Source of the DNA: Octopus vulgaris
Taxonomy: Eukaryota
Reading direction: 5' to 3'
NCBI GenBank assembly: GCA_951406725.2
Contig: OX597828.1
Coordinates: forward strand, 10,478,001-10,542,000
DNA: 64,000 nucleotides
Made by a program: the position numbers and the translations under genes. Under the pieces are notes generated by a model. That model worked only from the letters and a program-made list of their open reading frames with translations, was not told the origin of the DNA and ran no database searches. Positions 39,521-54,482 of the stretch are shown here, in pieces. How positions within the stretch are numbered: the first letter of the stretch is position 1; each line of letters starts with the position of its first letter.

Positions 39521-40094
39521 TAGCGGCGGGGTTCTTTATATTTTGCCAATGGAAGCGAAGTGACTGGCGGTGATACTTGCAGTAACTCAGGGGTCTCCCA
39601 TCAATATCGTTATATAAATGCATACACGGCCATGTGGCTATCAACGAATCTTACTCGGAATAAAATGTTATAAAAGATAAAGTATGGGTGACGTACTGAG
39701 CAACTGTTTTTTTTTTTTTGTCATATTTTCAGAATGACTGGATAAGTAAAGATCTACGTAGAGCAATTTCTGCTCATACAACAGTTTGGCTGAAATTCAT
39801 AAAACAACAACAGAAATCATCGTTCAGTATGCATGTGTGTGTGAGTGTGCATGCACGGGTAACTGAATGACTTCATTTGTTTATTGTTAGTAGTATAAAA
39901 TTGTTCTTTAGATAGAAATTTTATATCCAGTATATAACTGAATGATAATGAGGCGACGATTGTCGAACGATATAATCATTGCCAGATACAAATTTATTAC
40001 TGGTACGATGCAGTAAAGAAACCCTGTGAAAATTTGACGCTGCATATCCTCAGTACAATACTGAAAGTTGAAAGACTAACAAACTAATAATCAA

Positions 40095-40400
40095 CAATAA
40101 AACCCCGATTTAGGAATGTTTCTCATCACGAAAAATCGGATTAGGAACAAGTTTTAGAATATAAAACGTCTCCTGTGACGATAGTATCATAAATAACAAA
40201 CACGCAAGCCGGCTGCAACGGTTGGCGAAAAGCTGGGTGTTTCATGGGAAGAGCGTTAGTTGCCCTCTAGCTTCTTTTCAGCGCACATCCCTGCTGGAAC
40301 ACGCCGTACTTTCTCTTGAATTTCGTATGCGAAAAATAGATTCGGTTTACGAACAATTCGGGTGACGAACGATCTTCAGGAAACTGAGATTCATCTCTAT
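40095..40400. mobile_element. Possible Tigger-derived MITE, decayed
   Basis: Subterminal ttcggtttacgaac-type repeats near both ends. Confidence 0.3.
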
Positions 40401-40587
40401 ACATATTTGACTTAAATACACACACACACACACACATACATACATACACACACATATATATATATATATGTATATATATAAGTATATGTATGTATGTATA
40501 TATATGTATATATATATGTATATGTATGTATGTATGTATATATATATGTATATATATATGTATATATGTATATATATATATGTATGT

Positions 40588-40637
<50 letters not shown>

Positions 40638-40654
40638 ATGTATATGTATGTATG

Positions 40655-42775
40655 TATTGATTGATTGATTGATTGATTCTAGTTTCAGCTTATGAGCTGT
40701 GGCCATGCTGGGGCACCGCCATTTGGTGTTGCTACTTGGTTTCACTTCACGAGAGCTTTCTAGCAACTGCCATTTGGTGCATGAGAGAGTTCGATGCAGC
40801 TGCCCTCATCTGCCCCTCCTGCCGTGAAGTTGGGACATCTGACAGGAAGAGATCCAGCTTCATTTTAAAGACATCTGCATCCACCCCATGCAGGTCTCTC
40901 AGGTTCTTCGGGAGGATATTGAAGAGCTGTGGGCCTCGGAAGCCCAGGCTATCACAGAATCTTGTCCTACATCTTGATGGCAAGTTTGGAGTCCTAGGCA
41001 CCACGCAGTGGCGCCCAGTTCTGGCATTTGCGTAACTCTCGATGCCAAAGTTCAGGACACTTCCCTCCAGGATCTTCCAGATGTATATTATGGCATATCT
41101 TTCCCGCCTACGCTCCAGGGAATATAGTTTTAATCTCTTGAGTCTTTCCCAGTAGCTTACATTCTGCATAGAGGCTATCTTCTTCGTGTAGCTACGTTGG
41201 ATCGCCTCGAGCTCTGTGATCAACTTGACACTGGATGGTGACCATAACTGAGAGCAGTAGTCAAAGTGGCTTAGGACAAGTGTCCTCCAGAGGACCATCA
41301 TGGTTTCTTGTTCTCTTGTTCTAAAGGTTCTGAGGATCCATCCGGCCAGTCGTCTACATTTTATTGCCAATTTAGCAACATGTACACGAAAGGTCGCGTC
41401 ATCACTTATGTAAATACCTAGGTCACGCACTGATTGTGCCTCTGGGATTGCTATTCCTCCGGGTCCAGTGTATTCATTGGGTATTGCATTTAGTTTTGCA
41501 TGCTGATAGTATAGAGCTTGAAACTTTTCAGCATTGAACTGCATGCTATTCTTTTCGGCCCACTTGTATATTTTGTCTAGCTCACATTGCAGGTGTTTAG
41601 TGTCCTCAGGGTTCTGTATTGCCTGTGAAACTTTTGTATCATCTGCATAACTTGTGATCGTGGCTCTCTGCGTGGCTGAGGGCATGTCTGAGAGGGCCAT
41701 TATGAACAGTAGTGGTCCCAGAACAGTGCCCTGCGGAACACCGCTCACTATTTGCGTGTTAATGGAAGTGGCCCCATTGGCTACTACCACCTGACTTCTA
41801 TCTTTCAGAAAGTCATGAAGCCATTCTCCCAGTTTTCCAACTATGTTGAGATCACGCAGTTTGTGACATATCATTCCATGATCGACTTTATCAAAAGCCT
41901 TTGCAAAGTCGAGATATATCACTTCCACATTTGAGTGGTTGAGCAGCCGTTTCAGCACCCAGTCATAGTGTTGTAGGAGCTGAGTTAAACAGCTTCTCCC
42001 TGGTCGGAAACCATGTTGGGTATCGGGCAGCAAGTCATTCTCTTCAAGGAAGGTGATCAGCTTCCTTCCGACTATTCGTTCCATGACCTTGCTGATGTGT
42101 GAGGTCAGAGAGATAGGTATATAGTTCTTGGCTTCCGCTCTGCTACCTCCTTTATGAATGGGGCATATTTTACCTTCCTTCAGTTTTCTTGGAAGTTTGC
42201 CAGCTGCAAGGAAGCTCTGAAAGAGGAACTGCAGTGGTCTTGCTAGGACTCTCTTACATGCTTTTAGGAGGATTGCCGGGAATCCATCGGGGCCAGTAGC
42301 TGAGTCTGTTTTCATTTCATCTATAGCCTTGATTACATCGTCTTCCTTTATATCGATGCAATCTATCGTCGCCGCCTCTGATTTTATATCTGCAGTGGTA
42401 AAAAAGTCAGTTGGATTGGTGATTTGGAGATGCCCAAGGGGTGGAGTGAAAACACTCTTGAATTGCTCATTCAGTATTTCACTTACCCTCATTGGTTTTC
42501 CTGTAAGTGTGCCATCCTTTTCGAGGAGTGGCCCTATTCTACAGTGCACCGTAGCTGTTTCTTTGGCATACCTGTAGAATGCTCTGGGGTTAGATTTTAT
42601 GTTGTCTATAGCCCAGGCTTCTTTGTCTGCTCTTTCCTTTTCATGGGAGAGTTGCAGACATTTTTCGATTTCCAACAGTTTTATTTTTAGGCGGGACTTT
42701 TCACTGCTTTCAATCTGTTTGTTTAGGCGATTTGAAAATTTTGTACGCCGGGCGATTTGAAAATTTTGTACGCCG
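40655..42775 (-). mobile_element. Young 5'-truncated CR1-group (CR1/L2-like) LINE with 3' UTR and (ATCA)n tail, inserted in a TA-rich microsatellite
   Basis: Contains the RT ORF, a short 3' UTR with a terminal stem-loop and a tetranucleotide tail (gatt)n on the plus strand. Both sides are TA-rich. Confidence 0.9.
40747..42750 (-). CDS. LINE ORF2 reverse transcriptase, N-terminally truncated (endonuclease missing)
   Basis: 642-aa ORF whose frame stays open upstream to ~42750. Motifs: [91 protein letters not shown]. Confidence 0.9.
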   Translation of the reverse strand, partial: RRTKFSNRLNKQIESSEKSRLKIKLLEIEKCLQLSHEKERADKEAWAIDNIKSNPRAFYRYAKETATVHCRIGPLLEKDGTLTGKPMRVSEILNEQFKSVFTPPLGHLQITNPTDFFTTADIKSEAATIDCIDIKEDDVIKAIDEMKTDSATGPDGFPAILLKACKRVLARPLQFLFQSFLAAGKLPRKLKEGKICPIHKGGSRAEAKNYIPISLTSHISKVMERIVGRKLITFLEENDLLPDTQHGFRPGRSCLTQLLQHYDWVLKRLLNHSNVEVIYLDFAKAFDKVDHGMICHKLRDLNIVGKLGEWLHDFLKDRSQVVVANGATSINTQIVSGVPQGTVLGPLLFIMALSDMPSATQRATITSYADDTKVSQAIQNPEDTKHLQCELDKIYKWAEKNSMQFNAEKFQALYYQHAKLNAIPNEYTGPGGIAIPEAQSVRDLGIYISDDATFRVHVAKLAIKCRRLAGWILRTFRTREQETMMVLWRTLVLSHFDYCSQLWSPSSVKLITELEAIQRSYTKKIASMQNVSYWERLKRLKLYSLERRRERYAIIYIWKILEGSVLNFGIESYANARTGRHCVVPRTPNLPSRCRTRFCDSLGFRGPQLFNILPKNLRDLHGVDADVFKMKLDLFLSDVPTSRQEGQMRAAASNSLMHQMAVARKLS

Positions 42776-42793
42776 TATATATATATGTATATA

Positions 42794-42908
<115 letters not shown>

Positions 42909-45000
42909 ATATATATGTATGTTTATAAATATATATATATACTCACACACGCACATACATATATATTCACATAAATTGCTTTGTTCCTGAAGAAATACGT
43001 TCTATTGCTCAAGTAGTAATACGGCTAAAATGATATATGTGACAGAAAATCCAATAAGGAACATGTGTAATGTCTGAGAAACATGCAATATAAAATGTAT
43101 TAATGCTGAACTAAACTGCAGGTGCACTTATAATCTTCTCGAACTGAAGACTTATAAGCGAAAAGCTAAATGGAAAACAACGACAAAAAAATACTTGCTT
43201 GTCTCCTCATTAAATTGGACAGAAGGAGAGGGAGGAATAAGAACGAGCGTGTGAGCTGGATCTATGATAATTGTGAAGGAGCAAAACGTGCTTCGCACTT
43301 ATTTGCGTAATGTTTCTGATGCGATATGCAGTTATATACATTATTTAAGAAATAACAGAAGATTCATCATTGTAATGGGGATCATTGAAAATTTATTGTT
43401 TCACTTTTGCTCAGCCAATACAGAGATCAGTATTAATGTTTAATATCCGATGGACGCACGAACAAGCGATATTCTCCACTTCTATTCTCAATTTGCCTTC
43501 GTTCTTCTTTTCCTACTCCTTCCCTCCCCCCCTCATCTTTCTAGTCTTCATCACAATCTCATTCTTCTTTATCTTCCGAGCATCAACATAACGACTTAAA
43601 GTTTGCCACACCAACTCGTTAAACATGTTAGGATCCGATCACATAAAAACATCTGATACTTCTAACTTCCTTTCTTATTTCTAATGAAGGATTAAATATA
43701 AATGACATGGTATTGTGTGTCGAAATTGCGCGGGAAGTTAGCCTCCATTTAGTTGATAATGGATTCCATCTAAATTGTTTGTTCTCTGCCGCATTCAGAG
43801 TTAAAATGCAGACCGATTTGAATATTATTCCTGACGAATGATAACTGTTCGTCTATTGTGCAGTATATTGATGCCTTCTGAGCTTTTACAAAATAATTCT
43901 ATAACTCTAAATTAAAATATATATATTTATTCTCATATTTCAGAGGCACCATTTGTAAGATAATGGTCTTTAATCGGTTTCACTTTTCTAAGTTCATTAC
44001 TAGTTATATCAACAACGTCGGCCTATCAAAATCAAAACTGACATTCCACAATGTATAATTTCTAAATGTAATAACTGTAAAACATATTCTTCAGTTTCTA
44101 CACATCAAATGTTCTCCTGGGCATGAAACTACTCGTTTCAATGGTAAGATAGTAATTTCTGACATTTATAACTTTCTCAAACATATCGAGGTGTATGCAG
44201 TGAACGAAATGATTCTAAGCGAAAATAAAGAGCTCCGCCAACTTGAAAATATTTCCATGGTGAGCTCCGTTTGTCTGCATAAACAAGATAGTTTTATTAT
44301 GTCTGTATCACACACTAGATTTTATTTGGCCATATTAAAAACATGATAGTACTTAGTTTCGTTCTCAAAATATCTGAGTTAATATTTTCTCTTTGTAGAC
44401 ATAATAGACGATATAAGAAGTAATAATAAATATTGTATGCTTCAAATACTTTAATTGCGCTCAAAGAACATAAATACTGAAGAAGTATGATGTTATAACA
44501 CCCAAACTATTCTTATTACTGTTCATTATTTACTTTTGCTGGAATATACTCAGTATGTAATATCATTTTAGACAGGTATACTTAGAAGTCACTCAGTTAT
44601 ATACAGGAGTTGTATTTGAGAAAACGTTATATGAAGCATCATATCTGTTTCATCACACCGCTTCTCTTTAGAGGCATCGATATATGACAACAAGAGAAAA
44701 AATATTGTTAACAGTAATTCTACATTAAAATAAGTATCTACAGCCACTTTAGTAGTGTTTCCTTGCTAACTACTTCTGCATTTAATGAAATAAAGCAAGG
44801 AGAGTGAAGGGTCACATTTTATATTCTAATATACTCCATAGTAGTTACATTGTTGAGAAAAGAACACAATTAGTTAACAACAATACTTCTATATTACACC
44901 AGATACGGATGCTGCCGTGTAAATCTATACACTAAAATTCTTATTCCCGACTGATAAGTATTGAACTATAGTAAGTAGTAATAGTATCGTTGTAGTAGAA

Positions 45001-45380
45001 CGGCGAGCTGTCAGAATCATTAGCACCCCAGGGAAAGGCTTAGCTGCATTTCTTCCTTCTTTACGTTCAGAGATCAAATTCCGCCGGAGTCGACTTTGCT
45101 TTTCATCCCTTTCGGGGTCGATAAAATAAATATTAGTTGAATACTGAGATTGAATTAATCGACTTAGTCCCATCCCCAAATCTGCTGACCTTGTGCCAAA
45201 ACTTTAAACTAATACCACCTTTCTAGTAGGCGACGAGCTAGCGGAGCGGTTAGCACGTTGGACAAGATGCTTAGCGATATTTCGTTCTGAGTTCAAATTC
45301 CACCCAAGTCGACTTTGCCTTTCATCCTTTCGGGACAGATAAAATGAATGCCAATAAAGTAATGAGGTCGATGAAATTGA
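45001..45380 (+). mobile_element. Two SINE type A copies
   Basis: Heads at 45001 and ~45229, with gtcgactttgc..ttcatcc.ttcggg. Confidence 0.8.
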
Positions 45381-45769
45381 GACTTGCCATGTACCAATGT
45401 AACCAATGTTATTCTTCTTGTATAAAACAGATTAAATGGAAATTCTTTCTACTAAAATATGTTTGCAAGCAATAATAAGAGTCTATACAATAAAAAGCTT
45501 AAACTTTTGACAATGCCTTACTAAGCGGAGTATTAGGTAAAAAATATATATTGCTGATGTATTTATGCATCAAAAAAACCTTTGATCGCAATTTATTTTT
45601 CGATAAATTTAAGAGTATCAGAGGAATTAAGCTTAATTCGATGAAAAAATATTTCATGGAGTATTGAGGACGAGGAATTAAAGCAAACTAAAAATTTAAT
45701 TCGGTTGAAAAATTTTCGTCAAAATTTTTGTGAATAAAACTGAATTGAGGTGACATAGTGATATTTATT

Positions 45770-45889
<120 letters not shown>

Positions 45890-46180
45890 ATGGTTTTCTT
45901 TCATTATAACTTTAATTCAGCCGCCTTAGTAACCAGCATCCCCCGGAAGTAGCAGGGGCACTTTTGTTATGCATGCTAAATTTATCACAGCATTTATTCC
46001 ATTTTAGATAGGGAGTGATTTCCGTAGTATATGGGCTGCACTCAACAATGTTATCTTTTGTAGTTCAAGGAGACTGAAGTTAGCAGGGTATTGCTTACTT
46101 TACTTCTCAGCTCCCTTTAACATTCCTAACGCACCAATTACTGCTGGTTTTATCGTAGTACTAAGCTTCCGCATTTAAGT
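45890..46180 (-). mobile_element. R4/Dong-type LINE 3' end followed by (TAA)n
   Basis: MRKLSTTIKPAVIGALGMLKGAEK...FSLLELQKITLLSAAHILRKSLPI*, then a short UTR and the TAA run. Confidence 0.8.
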
Positions 46181-46189
46181 ATGTTGAAC

Positions 46190-47210
<1,021 letters not shown>

Positions 47211-47226
47211 TTATTATTATTATTAC

Positions 47227-47266
<40 letters not shown>

Positions 47267-48465
47267 TTCATTGTTGTTATTATTATCATTAAGTCAACTA
47301 AGTACATAAGTTCTCAAAAAAGAAAAACATGATGCTTGCATTCATCAATCAGCTTTGAGTATCAGTTAAACTAAAATCGTGAATGGCTAAAGTGTTTTTT
47401 ATTCTTTTATTTCTGTCAACAAATTTTCTTATTTTTTAACTTTTAACCACTAGTGTAAGGAATCATTCTCTATTAATGTTTCGGCTGATACCTTTGATGT
47501 GATATTTTCAAATCACTACATTACGTATATGAGACACTACCGGTATGTGTATCTGCTTGGAGTAAATATAACAATGAATCGATTAAGATGTCTACACACT
47601 CTACAAAGTGAACAACAAAAATGGTAATAACGAACTGTATGCAGTGCTCGGGTTCACCACAGCTCATCAGAAAAAGTAATCAGAAATGCATGAACATTAC
47701 TTAGAATATTCACAGGAAGTGAACAGTGCATACGCCTTAAAATAAATCCATGTGATATATCTAGTATCTTTAAATTGAATACTTAATTTGTTTTTGGGAG
47801 AAAATGTTCGGTATAAAACAACTAATGATATGACAAAGCTGGTAAGATTTTATGGATTTCAATGACAATCGTGATAACATACGTTTGAATATACACGCCG
47901 TAACAAAAGAAGAGAAAGGTGTCCAACAAACAAGCAAATATAGCTTGTTCATCGTTTTCTCAGTCACTGAATTTGCCGTGTGTATATATATATATATATA
48001 TGTGTGTGTTTCTGAGATTTAGGCTTTTATGTATTTAAGGCTGTTTTTCGAATATATGCGGTTTGCACTATAGTCGTTAAACCGTTTTAACGTCGACTCA
48101 TTGATAAGGTATTTTCAAAGATTTTAATTGATTCTATGAATGTGGGTAAGATAGAGTAATATTGTGTTCTTCAAAATATCTGAGACAAAATAGAAAGTTT
48201 CAGGATAAGTGTCTTGGTAAAGGAAAATAAAACCAGACGGGATTTTATACAGTAAATCACTTTATGAGAAACAAAGAAAGAAAAAAATATATAACAGTTG
48301 CAAAAGTTAGAATTTTTCACAATCGGCACGGTCACATTGAACATAGATTTATAGCTGCAGGGTATTTTACAGTCTTGAAGATATACTCACGCACACAAAA
48401 GCTACATAAATAACTACATACGTACACACAAACATATATATATATATATATATATATCTATACAA

Positions 48466-48498
<33 letters not shown>

Positions 48499-48546
48499 CG
48501 TAATCTCTCTCTTGCTCTCTCATTCTCTCTATATCCCTGAAGGTAT

Positions 48547-48647
<101 letters not shown>

Positions 48648-48752
48648 GCATACGTATTTATATATACATATACATGCATACATACATTCACGTACACAGA
48701 AGCATATATATATATATATATATATATATGCTTCTGTGTACATATACACAAG

Positions 48753-48812
<60 letters not shown>

Positions 48813-48850
48813 CACAAGTATCTCCTCCATTTCTCTCTCGCTCCCTGTCC

Positions 48851-48911
<61 letters not shown>

Positions 48912-48955
48912 TATACATATATATATGTATATCTATATATCTATCTATCTATCCA

Positions 48956-48998
<43 letters not shown>

Positions 48999-50120
48999 GC
49001 ACATATACATATATATATGTATATCTATCTATAAATATATATATATATATAATACATACCTAATTCATTTTCACACACACACACACGCACATATGCGTGT
49101 GTGTATTAACATTGATCATCTTCAATGCCAGCGCCATAGACACTACGTCATCTATCATCATCCTTATTACTATCACCGATCATCTACTTCATCTACCTCC
49201 TTAACATCACCACCACCACCACCATCATCACCATCAACAACGGAAACACTATACTCGTCGTCGTTATCATGTACTGATATCGTTGATAACGTGGTTTCAG
49301 TCATTTTCCCTTGTCGCATATTTCTCTAAATTCTTCTCTTTCTCCTTCTTTCTTCCTCCTCCTCTTCGCCCTCCTCCTCCTCCTTCTTCTTTCTTCTTTT
49401 CCTTCCTTTGTTATTATTATTGTTGTTGCTGATGCCGTTGTTGTGTTTTGTTGTTGCTGTTTTTTTATTGTTTTATTATTTTGTTATACTGAGTACTTCT
49501 TTTTTTATTGTTGTTATTGTTTCCTTTTACAAATAAGCGCTATTAGCATTTTTAATCCTTGCCGCAATCTCGGAATACGTTCAATAGAAAGTACAAAAAG
49601 ACATTCCCCAAAGAAAAGGGAGACAACCCACAAGCAGACGGGTCGTCGTTACAGAGGCGATCTTTCAACGGTTGAAAGATAATCACGCATCGCCCGCTTA
49701 TTCCATAGGCTTTTGTGTGAAAGCATCAGAAATAATAAGTGTATCTCCAACAGAAATAGATTACAAACGTAGAACGTGATTCTGAGAATGGCAGAGAAAC
49801 TATTCCTTTGGTTTGTTTTCTTTTTATATATTTGCGTCTATTTTTATAAATTTTTGTCAGCTTAATGATACACTAGAAGGAAAACTTAGCCAACTCCCGC
49901 AGGAGGAATGCAACTAGCTAAAGTTATGAATGAAGTATATAAGATATTGAGATATCATTGTTCTTTTTTTTTCTTCTCAACTTTCATCTATCCAAGCTAT
50001 TTCCTTTTCGATGGTTTATTTAACTCTAATAGATCTCATTAAGTCAATGTAGCCTTTTATTCCAAGACATATAAGTACGTATACCTGTACATTTACACAC
50101 ACACACACACCTGTACATAT

Positions 50121-50175
<55 letters not shown>

Positions 50176-50194
50176 CGTTTATATATATATATGT

Positions 50195-50246
<52 letters not shown>

Positions 50247-50499
50247 GTGTATGTGTACATATATATGTGTGTGTGCCTTTGTGTGCGGTGTGTGTGAGTG
50301 TGTATGCGTGTAAATATATATTTGTACATATATGCATGTATTCGATGGTCATCATAACGGTGCCCGTGCACGAAATTTCACTTAGAAATCTATGGTTAAC
50401 CAAAGAAAGATAATAGCGTGATAAGTTAACTTTTCCAGGTCCCACTCCCTTTGCCACGCAATAGCAAGTTAGAGCCTTGACTACATTGATTTCCCTACA

Positions 50500-51830
50500 C
50501 CTCAGATTCTTCCATGAAAAGGAAAGGGTAAAAAGAGGAAACGGGGCAGTAGAAAATATAAAAATTAAGTCTAAGGCCTTCTACAAGCTTGCAAACTTAC
50601 CTGTCTCAGTGCATTAGAAGTTAGGGAGACGCTGACGACAATCAGTTAAGTCGACATGAAGGAGGAAGATGCAATTTCGACCATTGATGAGATGTTTTTA
50701 ACGATGGATCCAGATTAATTTCCGTCTATTCAGTTAAAGACCTGCAAGGTACCTGTCACAAAACCACTGCAGATACTTTCTAATACTTTCCTTGTATTTA
50801 GTAAAATTCACATATTGTTAAAAAGAAAAAAACGTTTTACATGCCTTGCCCGTGCGGGAGAAAGGGAAGTAAATGCGAAAAATTACATACCTGTATCTCT
50901 GACTTCATATGTTCGCAGGGTCATGGAACGCATTGCCACATGGAAGCAAATCACATTCCTGAAAGAAATTAACTTTCTCATAAACCTCAACAGTGGAGCT
51001 GCTAGAGCATTATGATAGGGTAGTGAAACAGCAGCTCAACCACTCAAACGTGGATGGGATATATCCCTTGTGGCTAAAAAAGAAATTGGATGGGATATAT
51101 CTCTACTTTGCCAACATCTTGGACAACGTTGGCCATGGGATAATATGTCACAAACTGCGTGACCTTCGTATTGCTGGGAAACTAGGATAGTGGGTTTTAT
51201 AAAAACAGGAATCAGAGTCTTAGAGTTAACGGTGGGACAACAATTCTCTGCAGAGCCCTTCGAAGAACTGTCCTGGGACCACTGCTGATTGTGATGATTC
51301 TCTCTGAGATATGCCTGCAACCAAAGTCTCAGCTTCTTTCACCAGCTATTCTGATGATACAAAAGCATCACTGATGATTAAGGACCCCGACGACATAAAT
51401 AATAAACCTCAAAAGGACATGAATGCAATATAGAAGTGGGCTGATGAAAATATCAAGCAGTTCAAAGCTAAATGATTTTTAAACACCCCACTGAGGGCCC
51501 GTAAACTGACCACGACTGGAATACACAGTACCATGGAGTAGTGCAATCCCAGAATTCGAGTCTATCTGTGACCTGTGAATTCACCTGCGTAATGACGTAA
51601 CGTTCCATGTGCATTTTACCAAGATGGCTACACAGTGCAGATGTGTGTCGATATGATTCAAAGCTGAAAGAAAAAGAGATCATAGTACTTCGTTTTCCGT
51701 TGTTTAGATTATTGTTCCCATCAGTGGTCACTGCAGAGCGTCGAAATGAGTGCAGAACTTGAGATACTACACGATGAAGATTCACTCATTGAAATAGATG
51801 AGCTACTGAGAGAGGTTAAAGGAACTGTCG
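50500..51830 (+). mobile_element. Old decayed copy related to the CR1-group LINE ORF2
   Basis: HEKER...ENIK...[84 protein letters not shown]. Many stops and frameshifts. Confidence 0.85.
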
Positions 51831-53724
51831 TACTGCCGAAACATCGAAGTTACTATCAGTAATATTCTTGTTTAAAAATAACAAATCTCTATTCTACAAT
51901 ACTATAGAGAAATCCATAAGTTTAATTTTAAAATGTTTTTATTATCACTAGATATATAAACAAACAAACACACTCACACGCATGTAACCTGATCCGACAT
52001 GCAGAGCCTAATTTGGGTGATACATTTAACCTATCTAAGCAGTCAGCGGCTTACCAGCATCACTTGGCATATTGAATGATTTTTCGCAAGCGGGTGTCCT
52101 TACAGCGTAAATATTTGACACTGGTTAATCGCTTTATGTTAGGTGTCATCCTAACTATTTGCCTCTCCAAAAAGAGGCCCTGATACGGATCATAAGCTCT
52201 GATACACCCCAACCGCGATTTAACCTATAAACAATGTTGGGCATCAGTAACTTAACGGGGAAGTAGCTGAATATTTCAGTACTTATTGAAATTCCGAAAC
52301 CGAATCTGCTTCAAGCAAACTATATATCCGAGCCTCTTTATCACTGATGCAGTTCATCTGTGAGTCTTCGACATTGTTTCTCTTAACCAAATTCCTTTCA
52401 TTTGGATTCACTAACCTCATGTTCATGATCCTTGCCTAATGTGACAACCATGACAATCGAGCCAAAGAACCCATGATTGTTAGTCAAAGTACATGACCAC
52501 ACAGACACGTTCTGTGTCAATATATCCCCATAAACATGCAGTTATTGTATAACTTTTCGTCTTTAGGAATTAACGATTCGTTTTATAACTCACTTTTCTC
52601 TTTCTGTGCAAACATCCGTACATGTATACACACTTATTTAAATATAAATGAGTAAAGTAAAACAAAAAGTTAATTATTTAGCCTTGATTTGTTAGCAACT
52701 GGCAGAGAAATAATAAACACTCCAACATCCCAGAGCAGAAATCATCAATTATACAACATATAAATATATGTTGGCAAAACTCCCTCATCATAAGCATAAT
52801 CTCATGCAAGCTTGAATGCTATTGAATGTTAGGTAGTAAGATAGTTTTAGTTCTTTAACCCAATGTCATCCCGATCCAGATCGCGTTGAATCATGATCAA
52901 AATTATTCCAACTGTAACGATTCTTTGTTTCCAAGGAGTGTAACGATGACTATTTTAAAACAACAGGTCCTGGTCTTTTATAAAAACAATTTCACCGTTT
53001 CATTCTAGTATGTCCAGCAACTACAGTCTGACGTCTTCGCAGTCGAGTCGGAAAGATTAGTAATATCTTTGGGTAAAGATCTACTTGAAATCGCAGCTAT
53101 GGCATCATCAGATCACACTGTAACGTACTAGAGAAGGAAAGGATGCATTAGGTAATCCAGCCCTTCATATTTCCGATGCACAGAGCTGCAGTGCTTTCGA
53201 ACAAATGCCTGCTACATCGTGGTTGGTTGAGGATTAAAAGAAACAAAACAAAACGTATGTATATTTATGTTATGGTTCAGTAAGAAATCATAGGCATTCG
53301 TTCGGCTTTGTTAGAAAGAACAGCCTAACCGGTCTCGTTTCAGATACAACCACCATACATTGACAATAATATATATTAACCCTTGATATGTAAATCTAAG
53401 TTTAGGCGAGACGAAATCGTATATGATTATACATATGTTTAATGAGAGTTGCCAAAAGTCTAAACAACATCGCATTTGGCTATGTTAAAATATGTATATT
53501 TTATATATCAAATGTAAGCTTCATTATATATACAATAAATATGGAAAATATTCACCATTTTAATGAGTTTCTTAGAATTCAAAATAGTAACAATCTCATG
53601 GAACCAAAATAGTGCAGAAAAGTCATCTGCATACTAAATAATCATAGGGTCGCAGACATTTGATATAACGATTACAAAACTGCGAATTATTAGGAGTATT
53701 CAAAATAATTGTAGCTAAAAATTA

Positions 53725-53920
53725 CGGAGATGTACTTGTATAGCAAGTGACCTGATCTAAGATCGTGTGCTGGAACGAAAATAATTGCAGCGTGGAACGT
53801 GTTTATAAGCCATTTAAGAAAAACACAAAATCCGTTAGATTCACTTCAACATTTAAAATTAATTTGTCAAAATATTTTCGTTGCCTTGAAACCGCGACCT
53901 GTGCACTGACAAAATTCCGT
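53725..53920 (-). repeat. Dispersed repeat (putative PLE terminus) with hammerhead-like fold and non-canonical core
   Basis: Minus 53913-53863 reads UUUGUCA-gugcacag-GUCGC..GCAAC-GAAA-auau-UU-UGACAAA. Confidence 0.35.
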
Positions 53921-54256
53921 GCTAAAACATTTATTGAAATGGGAAAGCAGAACTTTTCTTCAATGTAAAAAATAACGCGAAACTTGTCTTCTTCGAACAC
54001 CGTGGTGAAGCACAATTGACAATATCAGATTTAATCTATATCTACACACACCGACAAATACAAAAAAACACATGATACATTTGTATATATGAACATCCAA
54101 GGTACAGGATACTTATATATACACAATTCTGCTTACATAATGGAACTGCAGATACATTATCCTTACGTATCTCATGTCTGTATTCATTCCTCCACTTCGC
54201 TCCATAGTTCATATCTTCTCTATTAATAACTACTACTTAAACATTTTCTTACACCA

Positions 54257-54302
54257 TCTCTGATGATGGGATATATAAAATATCCTGGAAACAGCTGTAA
54301 GA
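54257..54302 (+). ncRNA. Minimal type-I hammerhead ribozyme (PLE-type, palindromic helix III)
   Basis: UCU-CUGAUGA-UGGGAUAU auaaa AUAUCCUG-GAAA-CAGCUG-UA-AGA. It has an intact core, an 8-bp helix II with two G-U pairs, the palindrome ACAGCUGU and a GUA triplet. Confidence 0.65.
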
Positions 54303-54447
54303 CCTCTTTATGAATATTCTGAAAACTATTCACAGCCTTGAATTTTATCACATTCTATTAATTTTTTTATACACACACACACACATATGTAGCCCATCTC
54401 GAAGCCACTGATATACTCAATTTAATGATTATATCTTCAGTTTATTA

Positions 54448-54482
<35 letters not shown>

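Noticed and set aside
43141-43172. CUGAAGA...GAAA hammerhead-like spacing
   Set aside because: No helix I pairing and no valid helix III.
43944-43954. 11-nt microexon (tttcag|aggcaccattt|gtaaga)
   Set aside because: Weak donor, and such a match is expected by chance in AT-rich DNA.
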